Position numbers and translations under genes: made by a program. Positions 21,877 to 30,696 of a stretch of 64,000 bases of DNA are shown piece by piece. The stretch comes from Bacteroidia bacterium. GTDB lineage: Bacteria > Bacteroidota > Bacteroidia > Bacteroidales > GWA2-32-17. The stretch spans positions 95,311 through 159,310 of the forward strand of contig JACREQ010000069.1 in the NCBI GenBank assembly GCA_016218155.1, in the 5' to 3' direction. Under the pieces are notes generated by a model. It saw only the letters and a list, made by a program, of their open reading frames with translations, did not search any database and was not told the origin of the DNA. Position 1 is the first letter of the stretch, and each line of letters starts with the position of its first letter.

Positions 21877-23004
21877 TTACATCTTTCTCTTTTTTTGAAT
21901 ATTAAATCCAAACATAAAACCTATTGTTGAACCATCTCTTCTTGGAGCAATATAGATATTTACAGGAATATTTAAATATCCTGAATGAAATGTTTTTCCT
22001 ATTGCAAATACTAATCCTGTAGATAAGCTTATATCTCCACGACTATCAAGCTGATTTTTTATTTCATATTTCACATAGTTATTCCCATCATCAAAATATC
22101 CGGGCTCGTCATGAAAAGCATTCGTCGAATCGGCTTTCCATTCATTGCTTATGTTCCATTCATTATTTCTGTCGTAATAACCACGTGCTTTTTTAATTAT
22201 TCTAAAAGTAGGACCAAAACCAAATTCCCATGCTCCTTTACCAAACCTGAACCCAAGCATTGGTGTATAGCTTGGAATAAATCTTCCACTTTCTAAACCT
22301 CCAATCATAACAATATTCTCAACAAGTGCCTGAAAATTTCCGGCACTTATATATTTAAATTCATGTTGCCATCCAAAGTTAAATGTTGCAGGAAACATAT
22401 CAAATCCACCTGGTTTATTAGTTGAGAGTATTTTTGCCGATTCGCCCATAGTATAGGAACAGCCCATCCTTGGACCATTTAAGCGTAAAGTATTTTTTGG
22501 ACTTTCGATAGGAACATTATAATCAATAAGCTGTTCAACCATTTCCTGATCAGGTTTAATTCCTAATAATTTTTTTACCGATATTTCAATCATTTTCTGC
22601 ATCTCCGGTAAATTCAAATACTCTGTAGTTTCGTTCTTTTCAATACTTGATGAATTTACATCAATAAGTCTTAAAGTTATAACAATCTTTTCTCCAAATC
22701 TTTCTGCACTGCCAGAAATCATTTTATCAACTTTTAAAAGTTTTCCTGTTTCTACAAGACATGATTTTGCATAGCAGTTGTTCAGATCAATATTATTGTT
22801 TTTAATAATATCGGCTACTTCATACTTGTCGAGCACCGAATAAACATTTGTTTTTTCTACTTCAAGTTTTACTAAGTATCCCATAGTTTGAGCATCCTGA
22901 ACAACTCCTTTGCTGTCTATGTTTAATACAGCTACACTTTGTTTTGTCTGTGCGAACATTCCTACTGCGAAGAACATTGCTGCAATTGTCATTATTGTTT
23001 TCAT
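21877..23004 (-). CDS. Secreted hypothetical protein with CsgG/TolB-N-like N-terminal domain and beta-rich C-terminal domain
   Basis: Signal peptide; VAVL...C....C.VETGKLLKVDKMISGS..FG..IVITLRLIDV pattern. Confidence 0.55.
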   Translation of the reverse strand: MKTIMTIAAMFFAVGMFAQTKQSVAVLNIDSKGVVQDAQTMGYLVKLEVEKTNVYSVLDKYEVADIIKNNNIDLNNCYAKSCLVETGKLLKVDKMISGSAERFGEKIVITLRLIDVNSSSIEKNETTEYLNLPEMQKMIEISVKKLLGIKPDQEMVEQLIDYNVPIESPKNTLRLNGPRMGCSYTMGESAKILSTNKPGGFDMFPATFNFGWQHEFKYISAGNFQALVENIVMIGGLESGRFIPSYTPMLGFRFGKGAWEFGFGPTFRIIKKARGYYDRNNEWNISNEWKADSTNAFHDEPGYFDDGNNYVKYEIKNQLDSRGDISLSTGLVFAIGKTFHSGYLNIPVNIYIAPRRDGSTIGFMFGFNIQKKRKM

Positions 23005-23037
23005 TTTGTTTAAAAATTAAATTTATTATTATTAACC

Positions 23038-23835
23038 TTACATCATTCTTTGTCTAATATTTATTACTATTATGTCTGAAGCTATTCCTACAAGAAATCC
23101 CAATAATACCATTCCTGCTTTTTTACTATGAGCTGCTCTTTTATAACCTTTCTTATACCAACTATTTGTTTTGTATAAATTTTTGTTAGGATTTTTTTCA
23201 AGCCCAAAGCAACTTTGCTTAGCAGGAGTTGAAGCAATAATTATTTCAGGAATCCAGCCTACTGGAAAAAACACTCCCGATACCACTCCACCGGCAAATG
23301 CATAATTCCCTGTATAATACTTTTTGCTGTCAGAAATACCAAGTTTAAAATAGAATTCCATTGAATCTGCCTGTAATTTTTGAGTAATTATTGATTTATT
23401 GTAATCATTGTTATTTATAACATAGCTGCTATCAGATTTTAATAACTGCCTCTGTACAATGGTATCTTTTTTTATAGCTGAATTTTTAATAACATTCATT
23501 TGTGGTGCAATAGATTTAATATAAGGTTTATTTTCTCTCCCAAAAATTAGTGCATTAGAATTAACTAATTCAATCCAGTCAATATTTTCTATCATCATAT
23601 CATGAAGGCTGCTTTCTTTTTCAAATACAATGTATAAAGGGTGAATTTCTGTAATAAGACAGTTTTTTATTATACCATCTTTTTTTAGAATTAAATTAAC
23701 TCTTCCAATTGATGAAAGAATCACTTTATTGCCATTTAAATTAGGAATGGAATCCGATGATTGAGAAAAAAGCTTTTCTGTATTGCTAAGCATTATTAGA
23801 ATTGCTATAATCTGAATTAAAATTGACTTTTTCAT
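23038..23835 (-). CDS. Hypothetical exported/membrane protein
   Basis: Likely start MKKSILIQII (signal peptide); C-terminal hydrophobic segments and YKKGYKRAA.SKK motif. Confidence 0.6.
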   Translation of the reverse strand: MKKSILIQIIAILIMLSNTEKLFSQSSDSIPNLNGNKVILSSIGRVNLILKKDGIIKNCLITEIHPLYIVFEKESSLHDMMIENIDWIELVNSNALIFGRENKPYIKSIAPQMNVIKNSAIKKDTIVQRQLLKSDSSYVINNNDYNKSIITQKLQADSMEFYFKLGISDSKKYYTGNYAFAGGVVSGVFFPVGWIPEIIIASTPAKQSCFGLEKNPNKNLYKTNSWYKKGYKRAAHSKKAGMVLLGFLVGIASDIIVINIRQRMM

Positions 23836-24059
23836 AATCGTTTTTTTTATCGTTTTGATGATGTAAAATTGCAACCGAAAGCAGGCGAATAAAAACGGAT
23901 TTATAATGAGAGGATTATTAACTCAATTGATATTCAATAATTCAATTGATAAAAAATAAAACCAAATTGCATTTTTGCGATTTTTACTAAAGAATTTCAG
24001 CAAAAAATTATATATTGCAAAAGAATAATATTGAATTAATTAATTTCAACTAAAATTAA

Positions 24060-25073
24060 ATGGCTGATAATTCGATTAAAAACCCAATTCAGTTAAAATT
24101 CTTTGAAAAACTTAAGCAATCGGTTTCTCAAAACATTTCTGTTGCCAATGAAATTGCAGATGTGCTTGAGATTAGTCAGGATGGGGCATACAGAAGAATG
24201 CGCGGAGAAAGTATTTTAAGTATGGACGAGATGATAAAACTATGCAAATACTTTAAAATATCTCCCGATGTTTCAACAATAGAGGACGAAACATCTGCTA
24301 CATTTCATTTTCAAAGAATGATTCACGATGAGAACGGTTATGAAGAATATCTTAAAAATATACTTAGCGATCTTCAAAAGATAGATAATTCAAACCCAAA
24401 ACATATTATTTATGCAGCAGGAGATTTACCTATATTTATTCAGTTTATTTCTCCGGAATATTCTGCATTTAAAGCATTCTTCTGGCAAAAAGCAATGTTA
24501 AATATTCCATCAATGGATGGGAAAAAATACAGCAATAATAACATTAAACCAGAAATATCAGAATTATGCAAAAAAATATCTGATACTTACATTCGTATTC
24601 CCTCTACAGAGATATGGCATTTCGACACAATACACAGTAACATAAAACTTATTGAATTTGCCTGGGAATCGGGAATGTTCTTAACAATTGAGGATGCATT
24701 AATTGTATGCGAACAACTTTCTGACATGCTTTTGCTTATTGAAAAACAAGCAGAAAAAAGTTCTAAATTCAGTAACGAAGAGCGTTGGTCTTTAAATGAA
24801 GGAAACTTTACATTATATCAGAGTGATTTTGTGCTAACAAATAATCATATATTTGTTTCTGCCGGAAACACAAAAACTCTTTATCTTACACACAATACTT
24901 TTAACTCTATTTTAACAACAAACACAGTATTTTGCAACGAAACCGAAGAATGGCTTAAAAACCTTATCAGAAAATCGACTCAGATAAGCGGGGTAGGAGA
25001 AAAGCAACGCCATAAGTTTTTTAAAAATGCTCAGGAAAAAATTGAGAACCTTGTTATGAAGATAAAAGAGTAA
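24060..25073 (+). CDS. Helix-turn-helix transcriptional regulator (Bacteroidota family, BetR-like N-terminus)
   Basis: EIADVLEISQDGAYRRMRGES.LSMDEMIKLCKYFKIS; divergent from two secreted-protein genes. Confidence 0.75.
   Translation: MADNSIKNPIQLKFFEKLKQSVSQNISVANEIADVLEISQDGAYRRMRGESILSMDEMIKLCKYFKISPDVSTIEDETSATFHFQRMIHDENGYEEYLKNILSDLQKIDNSNPKHIIYAAGDLPIFIQFISPEYSAFKAFFWQKAMLNIPSMDGKKYSNNNIKPEISELCKKISDTYIRIPSTEIWHFDTIHSNIKLIEFAWESGMFLTIEDALIVCEQLSDMLLLIEKQAEKSSKFSNEERWSLNEGNFTLYQSDFVLTNNHIFVSAGNTKTLYLTHNTFNSILTTNTVFCNETEEWLKNLIRKSTQISGVGEKQRHKFFKNAQEKIENLVMKIKE
25050..25073 (+). repeat. 24-bp direct repeat, left copy (3' end of HTH gene)
   Basis: CTTGTTATGAAGATAAAAGAGTAA, identical at 29729-29752. 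Confidence 0.9.
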
Positions 25074-25132
25074 CGGTTGTATTTTCATACAGATTTTCCG
25101 ATTGATTTAATATTGTGTTAGTTGTAGGCAAT
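25071..25132 (-). repeat. Short attC-like site C
   Basis: Minus strand: ATTGCCTACAACTAAC-acaatattaaatca...tgaaaatacaacc-G|TTA, directly after the stop of 25132..26007. Confidence 0.6.
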
Positions 25133-26007
25133 TAATATTTTTCTGGTAGTTGTAATTTTTTAATTTTTGCATCTATACTTAGTTTAGATAATCCCAATTC
25201 CGCACGTCTTATGTCCACCTCTTTTATGTTTTCAATTGGCACATAATCGGAAATTGTTCTAAAGGTTCCATATGTTTGAAAACCATTCATTGCATAATTG
25301 TACCTGTCCAAAACAATCGCATAATCACTAAAAGAAATATTTCCTTTTAAAGCTTCAGAATATAAAAGGGGTTTAAAAAATGATTCCCAATAATGTTTTG
25401 TTGATGTGTTAGTTGTAGAATGCATTATTAAAATAATAATATCTTGATTATAACCAAGCGTTTTAAATCCTGGATATCCTTGTTCATTAATAAGTTCCAT
25501 TACATTTATTGTATTAATAGAATCTATTTCTGCCATATATTTATACTTACAGGCATCTTCATTTCTGTTACGAATAAATTGATCAACTTCAATCCATGCA
25601 TTAATTTTCGCAAAAGTAGGAAAATCTATTTCTGATTTTACTGATTTAAGATTCTCCCATAATTTGGATTTTTTTGCAAATTCAAAAATTGAATCATTTG
25701 TTTTATCTTCTAAAATTTCATCCAATTTAAAATCATATTTGATCATGTCAGATATTATCCGTAATGTCATTACAGTATCCTTTTTAGAGGCGAAAGCTTT
25801 TGCTGCATCTAGATTATCAAAAGGAAAAAGTTTCCCGAAAGTTGAAAATATTTGATTATAAATAATAATAGCTGAGTCTGTATTATTCTCAGATAAAAAG
25901 TATTCTACTTTACTAGACAAAACAGAATATTGCTTATAATCTTGAGCAAATGTATTTACTGAAACTGAACAAATCAGAAACAAAATCAGGTTTTTAATAT
26001 TTTTCAT
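25132..26007 (-). CDS. Secreted DUF6624-like protein (cassette gene)
   Basis: Start MKNIKNLILFLICSVSVNTFAQ; DQFIR...IDSIN...GYPG...LDRY...QTYGT...PIENIKEVDIRRAELGL. Confidence 0.7.
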   Translation of the reverse strand: MKNIKNLILFLICSVSVNTFAQDYKQYSVLSSKVEYFLSENNTDSAIIIYNQIFSTFGKLFPFDNLDAAKAFASKKDTVMTLRIISDMIKYDFKLDEILEDKTNDSIFEFAKKSKLWENLKSVKSEIDFPTFAKINAWIEVDQFIRNRNEDACKYKYMAEIDSINTINVMELINEQGYPGFKTLGYNQDIIILIMHSTTNTSTKHYWESFFKPLLYSEALKGNISFSDYAIVLDRYNYAMNGFQTYGTFRTISDYVPIENIKEVDIRRAELGLSKLSIDAKIKKLQLPEKY

Positions 26008-26036
26008 AATAATTTTATTTGTTAAAGTCATTTTGT

Positions 26037-26199
26037 ATTGCTTACAGCTAAAGGTTTGCGGTTGAATTTGGCAGGCTTTTATTTGCAGTTGTGCTTGCCC
26101 CTTCGGGGTCAAACCGCTAAGAATATTATTTATTGTTATATTTGTCAAGTTGCACTTCACTGCTCGTTGTTTTCGTAGGTGGTGTTACTGATTGTTTAT
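26037..26199 (-). repeat. attC-like repeat B
   Basis: 26053-26155 matches 26927-27029 at 94/103 nt by hand alignment; its other arm matches 47018-47083. Confidence 0.85.
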
Positions 26200-26214
26200 T
26201 TATTTTTAAGAGAG

Positions 26215-26853
26215 CTATTTTCCTTTTTGTTTGTCATCAACACAATAGTATCTAAGAATTTTCCCATTCATGTCAATGAATACATAAATTTCCATATTTG
26301 ATATGTCTTTAATGCAAAAATCAACTAATACAATTGCAAATTCATTATTGTTAATGAAATAAGGAGAGGTAGCATAGATCATACCTGCATTTTCTTTTGC
26401 ATAGCGATAACCATTAAATGAAAATATTTGTTTTTGCTTATTATTCAATTTAATCCTAGTATTTCTGCAATGATCATAAATGAAGCTACATTTTGCATTT
26501 TTTCTTAAGTATCTTGATAATTTTCCAGCATTTTTATAACTTGTAGAATCATAAGGATATATTTTGTGGAATTCATCAGTCAGATTTGAAATTTCTTTAT
26601 TACACTGAATTTGAGTTTGCCTTATTAAAGTCGAATCTGATTTTGAAAAAATAAATTGTAATTCCCAATCCCAGAAAATATTTGCAGATTGAGAGCAACT
26701 AATTATTAGGATTTTTGAATCTGATGAGGGTCGCTTTAAAAAAGACTCTTCAGAGTCAACAACAAACTTTAATGCGATTTTCTCAAAATTAAGTTTTTGG
26801 CAAAAAGTATGTAGTGACAAGAATAAGATGGGAACTAATAATAATTGTTTCAT
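26215..26853 (-). CDS. Hypothetical secreted protein (cassette gene)
   Basis: Signal-peptide-like MKQLLLVPILFLSLHTFCQ; no recognisable domain. Confidence 0.65.
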   Translation of the reverse strand: MKQLLLVPILFLSLHTFCQKLNFEKIALKFVVDSEESFLKRPSSDSKILIISCSQSANIFWDWELQFIFSKSDSTLIRQTQIQCNKEISNLTDEFHKIYPYDSTSYKNAGKLSRYLRKNAKCSFIYDHCRNTRIKLNNKQKQIFSFNGYRYAKENAGMIYATSPYFINNNEFAIVLVDFCIKDISNMEIYVFIDMNGKILRYYCVDDKQKGK

Positions 26854-26910
26854 ATTCTTTATCTTATATTTGTTAATAAATCCTTAAAGTCATACTTGTA
26901 ATTGTTTTTT

Positions 26911-27072
26911 ATAAATAAGCGGTAACGGTTTGCTGTTGAATTTGGCAGGCTTTTACTTGCAGTTGTGCTTGCCCCTTCGGTGTCAAACCGCTAAATATTA
27001 TACATATTGTTATATTTGTCAAGTTGCACCACCCACCCAGTTTTTGCCAAACGTGTGTTACCAGCTGGCCTA
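26911..27072 (-). repeat. attC-like repeat A
   Basis: Minus strand GCTGGTAAC...GCAAACCG|TTACCGC; near-identical core to repeat B. Confidence 0.85.
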
Positions 27073-27082
27073 CTTTTCATAA

Positions 27083-28312
27083 TTAAAATTTTCGTACTGC
27101 TCGAACACGATAATTGATATCTTTATCACCTACATAACCTGATCCCATATCTATATTAATGCTACAACAATTATTAAATCTTTCTGTTGAACTCATATAC
27201 CATGCATCGTTTGGTATTGGCAACCCTGTTGAATAATTATCACCATCATTCTCTAGTATAAATGTAATATGAAAAGCATTAACTAATAATTGTCTTAATT
27301 CAAAAACTGATGGTAGATACCAATCAGAAAAACCTCCAAATATATACTGTGTACATAATAATGCACCACTATTTGTATGACCTGCTTGTGATATTATTGC
27401 TTGTGTATTTGATTGACCATCCCAAGTACTTTCAGCTGTTGATCCAATTGAAACATTAATAATGTTGCTCCATGGCATACCTGCACTTAAATCTGCAAGG
27501 CTTGCAATTAAACCATGTTGACGAGAATGGTCAACCCAAAATACAATACCACCTCCAAATAATTCGCCAACATAATGACCGCTTAATGAATTAGCAACCT
27601 GTGCCGTGTCATTTGTTTGGGGATTGATTAAATTGTACGCATAATTAGCGGTGTCGGAATAAATAGAAGTTGTAGCTGTTTGAGAATTAAATGCGAATGA
27701 TGAAGAATCAGAAAAATTAGAAGTTGCAGCAGTTTGGGCAAAATTTGCAGTCAAAGCAGTAGTAGCAGTATTAGCTGTTGCTGCCGATTGTGCATTATAC
27801 GCAAATGTTGCAGTGTCTGCATAGTTAGCATGATTTGAAGAATATGAGAACACTGCAGTGTCAGACTGTAATGAATGAAATGCATAAGGAACAGCCAACA
27901 TTTGTTGAATACCGACTAATTTATATTCACTATTACCTTTTATATCAATTTCTACTTTTAAAAAGTGTTTATAACTACCCCAATCAATATTTAAGAGACT
28001 TGTGTCAGGACTTAAACCAGTTAAAACACCGTGTCCAATAACAACGGTAAATAATCCATTCTGATCTGTGTTTGCTGTATGTGTTTCTTGATAAACGAGT
28101 ATTCCTGACACTTCTTCCTGTAAAATTGTAAACCGGATATTTATGATTTTGTCTGATAAAATATTTCCATTTACATCCATTCCGGCAATTTCTTTTCCAT
28201 TTTCGTCAATAGCAACAGCCTGATATGTTATGCCATCAACAACCTGTGCTTTAACAGTATTTATTGAAAATATTGTTACTGTAAAAACAATATACATATA
28301 TAACTTTTTCAT
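27083..28312 (-). CDS. Secreted protein with Ala/Thr triplet-repeat stalk and C-terminal DUF1566 (Lcl-C, C-type-lectin-fold) domain
   Basis: QVVDGITYQAVAID...TDQNGLFTVVIG...VPYAF head; ANYADTATFAYNAQSAATANTA stalk; GGIVFWVD..HGLI, DWYLPS..EL, VRAVRKF. Confidence 0.8.
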   Translation of the reverse strand: MKKLYMYIVFTVTIFSINTVKAQVVDGITYQAVAIDENGKEIAGMDVNGNILSDKIINIRFTILQEEVSGILVYQETHTANTDQNGLFTVVIGHGVLTGLSPDTSLLNIDWGSYKHFLKVEIDIKGNSEYKLVGIQQMLAVPYAFHSLQSDTAVFSYSSNHANYADTATFAYNAQSAATANTATTALTANFAQTAATSNFSDSSSFAFNSQTATTSIYSDTANYAYNLINPQTNDTAQVANSLSGHYVGELFGGGIVFWVDHSRQHGLIASLADLSAGMPWSNIINVSIGSTAESTWDGQSNTQAIISQAGHTNSGALLCTQYIFGGFSDWYLPSVFELRQLLVNAFHITFILENDGDNYSTGLPIPNDAWYMSSTERFNNCCSINIDMGSGYVGDKDINYRVRAVRKF

Positions 28313-28333
28313 AGTCGATAAATTTATAAATAT

Positions 28334-28966
28334 TTATTTTTTATTTATCGAAAAAACAAGTCCAAAATGCAATGATAATGCTCTGTTATACAATTTTTGA
28401 CTTTGATTTGGTTCTGAATTTTGCTCCAATTGATTCATGCCGGTTGAATTTCTAAGTTCAAACAATACGGATGCCGATTCGGTAAAAGAATACAATAAAC
28501 CTGCATACACATTCAAACCATAATCAGTATTTTTTATAGCATCCATTTTAAGCATATTATAGTAGCTCAAACCAATTGATTGTTCTGCTTTGAACAAATA
28601 TGAAAAATAAAATGAAGCTCCGATAAATGGCTTAAGCTTACCTTTGTTTACTATGTAACCACCACCAAGATTAAGGTCGGTATAATGTAAAGACCAATCA
28701 AGTTTTTGATTATTCAGAATTGAATTTGCACCAAGGTTTTTATAACCAAGTTCAATTCTGGCAAAAATATTTGATGAAAATATTTTACTATAATTCAAAC
28801 CATATGAATAATTAATGGCTGATGTTATATTATCATCTTTATTCCCTTCAGAATCTAAAAACTTGAACTTAGAATATGTCTGAGCGAAATGAAGTGAAAA
28901 ATTGTCTTGAGCATAACCTATGGTTACAATAAGACAAATTAAAAATGAAGTCAATAAATTTTTCAT
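28334..28966 (-). CDS. Outer-membrane beta-barrel (PorT/porin family)
   Basis: Signal peptide MKNLLTSF; ELGYKNLGA, PFIGASFYFSYL, DYGLNVYAGL, NRALSLHFGL. Confidence 0.75.
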   Translation of the reverse strand: MKNLLTSFLICLIVTIGYAQDNFSLHFAQTYSKFKFLDSEGNKDDNITSAINYSYGLNYSKIFSSNIFARIELGYKNLGANSILNNQKLDWSLHYTDLNLGGGYIVNKGKLKPFIGASFYFSYLFKAEQSIGLSYYNMLKMDAIKNTDYGLNVYAGLLYSFTESASVLFELRNSTGMNQLEQNSEPNQSQKLYNRALSLHFGLVFSINKK

Positions 28967-28973
28967 AGTGATA

Positions 28974-29462
28974 TTAGATTTTAACAATTTTCTTTGTTAT
29001 TTGTAAGTTGTTATTAGAATAAATATTTATAAAATATATTCCTGTACCCCAATTGTCACATTTTATTTTGCTTTCATTGTTTCCTGCAATATTCAGAGTT
29101 GAAATTGTGTTACCTAAAATGTCTGTTACCAATATTGAATATGAAATGTCATCACCTACAATTTTTATCTGAAAATAATCATTAATTGGGTTAGGGTATA
29201 AGGACAATTCAATTTTCTTATTCGAGTAGATTTTTGCATTAATATTATTCACAGGTTGTTGAAATCCTTGTCGTATAGTATTATTTTCGGATGAAAAACA
29301 TGTTGTGTTTGAAGGTTGTCCAATTGTTTGTCGAAGAAGTATACCATCAAACATATTGTTAGAACCCAAACTGCTTAAAGACTGTCTGATTATATTTTGA
29401 GCATTTAATGTATTGATTAAAATTATTCCAATCAATAACAAAGTCAAGTTTTTAAAAGTCAT
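28974..29462 (-). CDS. Small T9SS cargo protein
   Basis: QTIGQP...IRQGFQQP motif followed by LYPNP...GIYFI...TKKIVK CTD. Confidence 0.85.
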   Translation of the reverse strand: MTFKNLTLLLIGIILINTLNAQNIIRQSLSSLGSNNMFDGILLRQTIGQPSNTTCFSSENNTIRQGFQQPVNNINAKIYSNKKIELSLYPNPINDYFQIKIVGDDISYSILVTDILGNTISTLNIAGNNESKIKCDNWGTGIYFINIYSNNNLQITKKIVKI

Positions 29463-29594
29463 ATTATTTTTTCTGATTTCATCAAATTAGTCCTATATAG
29501 ACTTGTTGGCAAGACACTTATAGTTTATATATCATCATACATATTCAGATAGTTATAAACAAATAAGTATAACAAATCATAATTTTATTATAAT

Positions 29595-29602
29595 CAAATA
29601 TA
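29595..29602 (-). promoter_or_regulatory. -7 promoter box upstream of the cassette array
   Basis: Minus strand TATATTTG (TAnnTTTG), inside the island, facing the array. Confidence 0.55.
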
Positions 29603-29728
29603 CAAAAAAATAATATTTTCACTCGTTCTCATCTTGCTTAAAAAAAAGCAAATCATAGCAAAAGATTCTGTTACAAGCGCGTATGATTGTAACATGGTGG
29701 ATTATAGTGAAATGTAAAAAATGAGAGG

Positions 29729-29752
29729 CTTGTTATGAAGATAAAAGAGTAA
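29729..29752 (+). repeat. 24-bp direct repeat, right copy
   Basis: CTTGTTATGAAGATAAAAGAGTAA identical to 25050-25073. Confidence 0.9.
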
Positions 29753-29809
29753 TATTTCTTTCTATTTTGTTATCGTTATAAATGATGAAGAAATTGGATT
29801 TTACAAAGG

Positions 29810-30091
29810 TTATTTATTTTTAATTAGTTTACCATCTTCAAAATTTTCATGATACTCTATATTTAAATTCTTATCATAACGTAACCATGAACCATTTTTT
29901 TTACTGTTTTTAAAATTACCTACACACCAAAGTTGTCCGGTTTCTCTATAAAATATCCATTCTCCTTCCATTAGCCCGGCTACGTATTGTCCTTTTGCCT
30001 TAATCTTACCGTTTTTAAAAAAGTAAGTTAACTTATCATCAATTAATTCATGAATCTTTTGCCCGTTTGAATAAAACTTTTTATCTAACAT
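29810..30091 (-). CDS. Small MORN-variant repeat protein (YwqK-like)
   Basis: YFFKNGKIKAKGQY..GLMEGEWIFYRETGQLW..GNFKNSKKNGSW. Confidence 0.8.
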   Translation of the reverse strand: MLDKKFYSNGQKIHELIDDKLTYFFKNGKIKAKGQYVAGLMEGEWIFYRETGQLWCVGNFKNSKKNGSWLRYDKNLNIEYHENFEDGKLIKNK

Positions 30092-30102
30092 ATTTTATTT
30101 TG

Positions 30103-30696
30103 TTATAATATTCTTTGCAAACCGCGAAATCCCCTGACTGCATAATATGAATCAGCACCATTATGATAGACAAAAACATGATTGTAACGACAATCACAAA
30201 AAAGTGCACCACCAAGTTTTCTGATTTCATCAGGTGTCTTTACCCAACTAGAAGTTTTTGTATCAAACTTGCCAAACTTCTGCAAATCCCTGTATTGTTG
30301 TTCAGTTAAGATTTCAATACCCATTTTTGCAGCCATATCAATAGCATTATTTGCTGGTTTATGCTCTTTCCTTGATTCAAGTGCTTCCCGGTCGTAACAA
30401 ATGCTTCTGCGATCCTTAGGGCTTTCTGGTGAACAATCATAAAAGATATATTCGCCGGTATTGTTATCATAAGCTATAACATCCGGTTCACCACCAGTTC
30501 TTTCCATTTCATTCAGACTCCAGATTTTTTCAATACTATTTTGACTTCCGGATATGCAGGCTTCTAGTTTTGCTTTTAGTTTATTCCATTCAATACTCTT
30601 ATGTCGGTTCATGTTTTTTTCAAAACGAACTTTTAAAACTTTTAATAGTTCTTCATATTGTTCTGGTAACAATATTTTTTTATTTTCAATTTTCAT
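30103..30696 (-). CDS. DUF4256 family protein
   Basis: SLNEMERTGGEPDV, DCSPESPKDRRSICYD, FDTKTSSWVKTP, HNGADSYYAVRGFRG. Confidence 0.85.
   Translation of the reverse strand: MKIENKKILLPEQYEELLKVLKVRFEKNMNRHKSIEWNKLKAKLEACISGSQNSIEKIWSLNEMERTGGEPDVIAYDNNTGEYIFYDCSPESPKDRRSICYDREALESRKEHKPANNAIDMAAKMGIEILTEQQYRDLQKFGKFDTKTSSWVKTPDEIRKLGGALFCDCRYNHVFVYHNGADSYYAVRGFRGLQRIL

Larger units (their letters stand above)
25074..29752 (-). mobile_element. Integrase-less gene-cassette island (CALIN-like array) bounded by 24-bp direct repeats
   Basis: Direct repeats at both ends; five co-oriented genes in three units separated by attC-like repeats; no recombinase encoded. Confidence 0.65.

Noticed and set aside
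26127..26156. dif/Xer site in the conserved repeat centre
   Set aside because: Arms do not match the XerD consensus TTATGTTAAAT well enough
26008..26160. 51-aa N-terminal extension of ORF 25132..26160
   Set aside because: Reads through repeat B from a GTG; the signal peptide starts at ATG 26007
26997..27022. E. coli-type TTGACA/TATAAT promoter inside repeat A (minus strand)
   Set aside because: Spacing is 14 bp, TATAAT is not kept in repeat B, and Bacteroidota use -33/-7 boxes
26037..27072. CRISPR array
   Set aside because: Repeats are about 150 bp and separated by whole genes; no cas genes
27083..27200. Complete DGR around the DUF1566 gene
   Set aside because: No template repeat or reverse transcriptase seen in the window; a remote DGR cannot be excluded
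25074..29752. IS element or prophage remnant
   Set aside because: No transposase, integrase or phage genes; no terminal inverted repeats at the island ends
29810..30696. Toxin-antitoxin pair (YwqK antitoxin label)
   Set aside because: MORN-variant repeats are generic and DUF4256 shows no toxin motif I recognise
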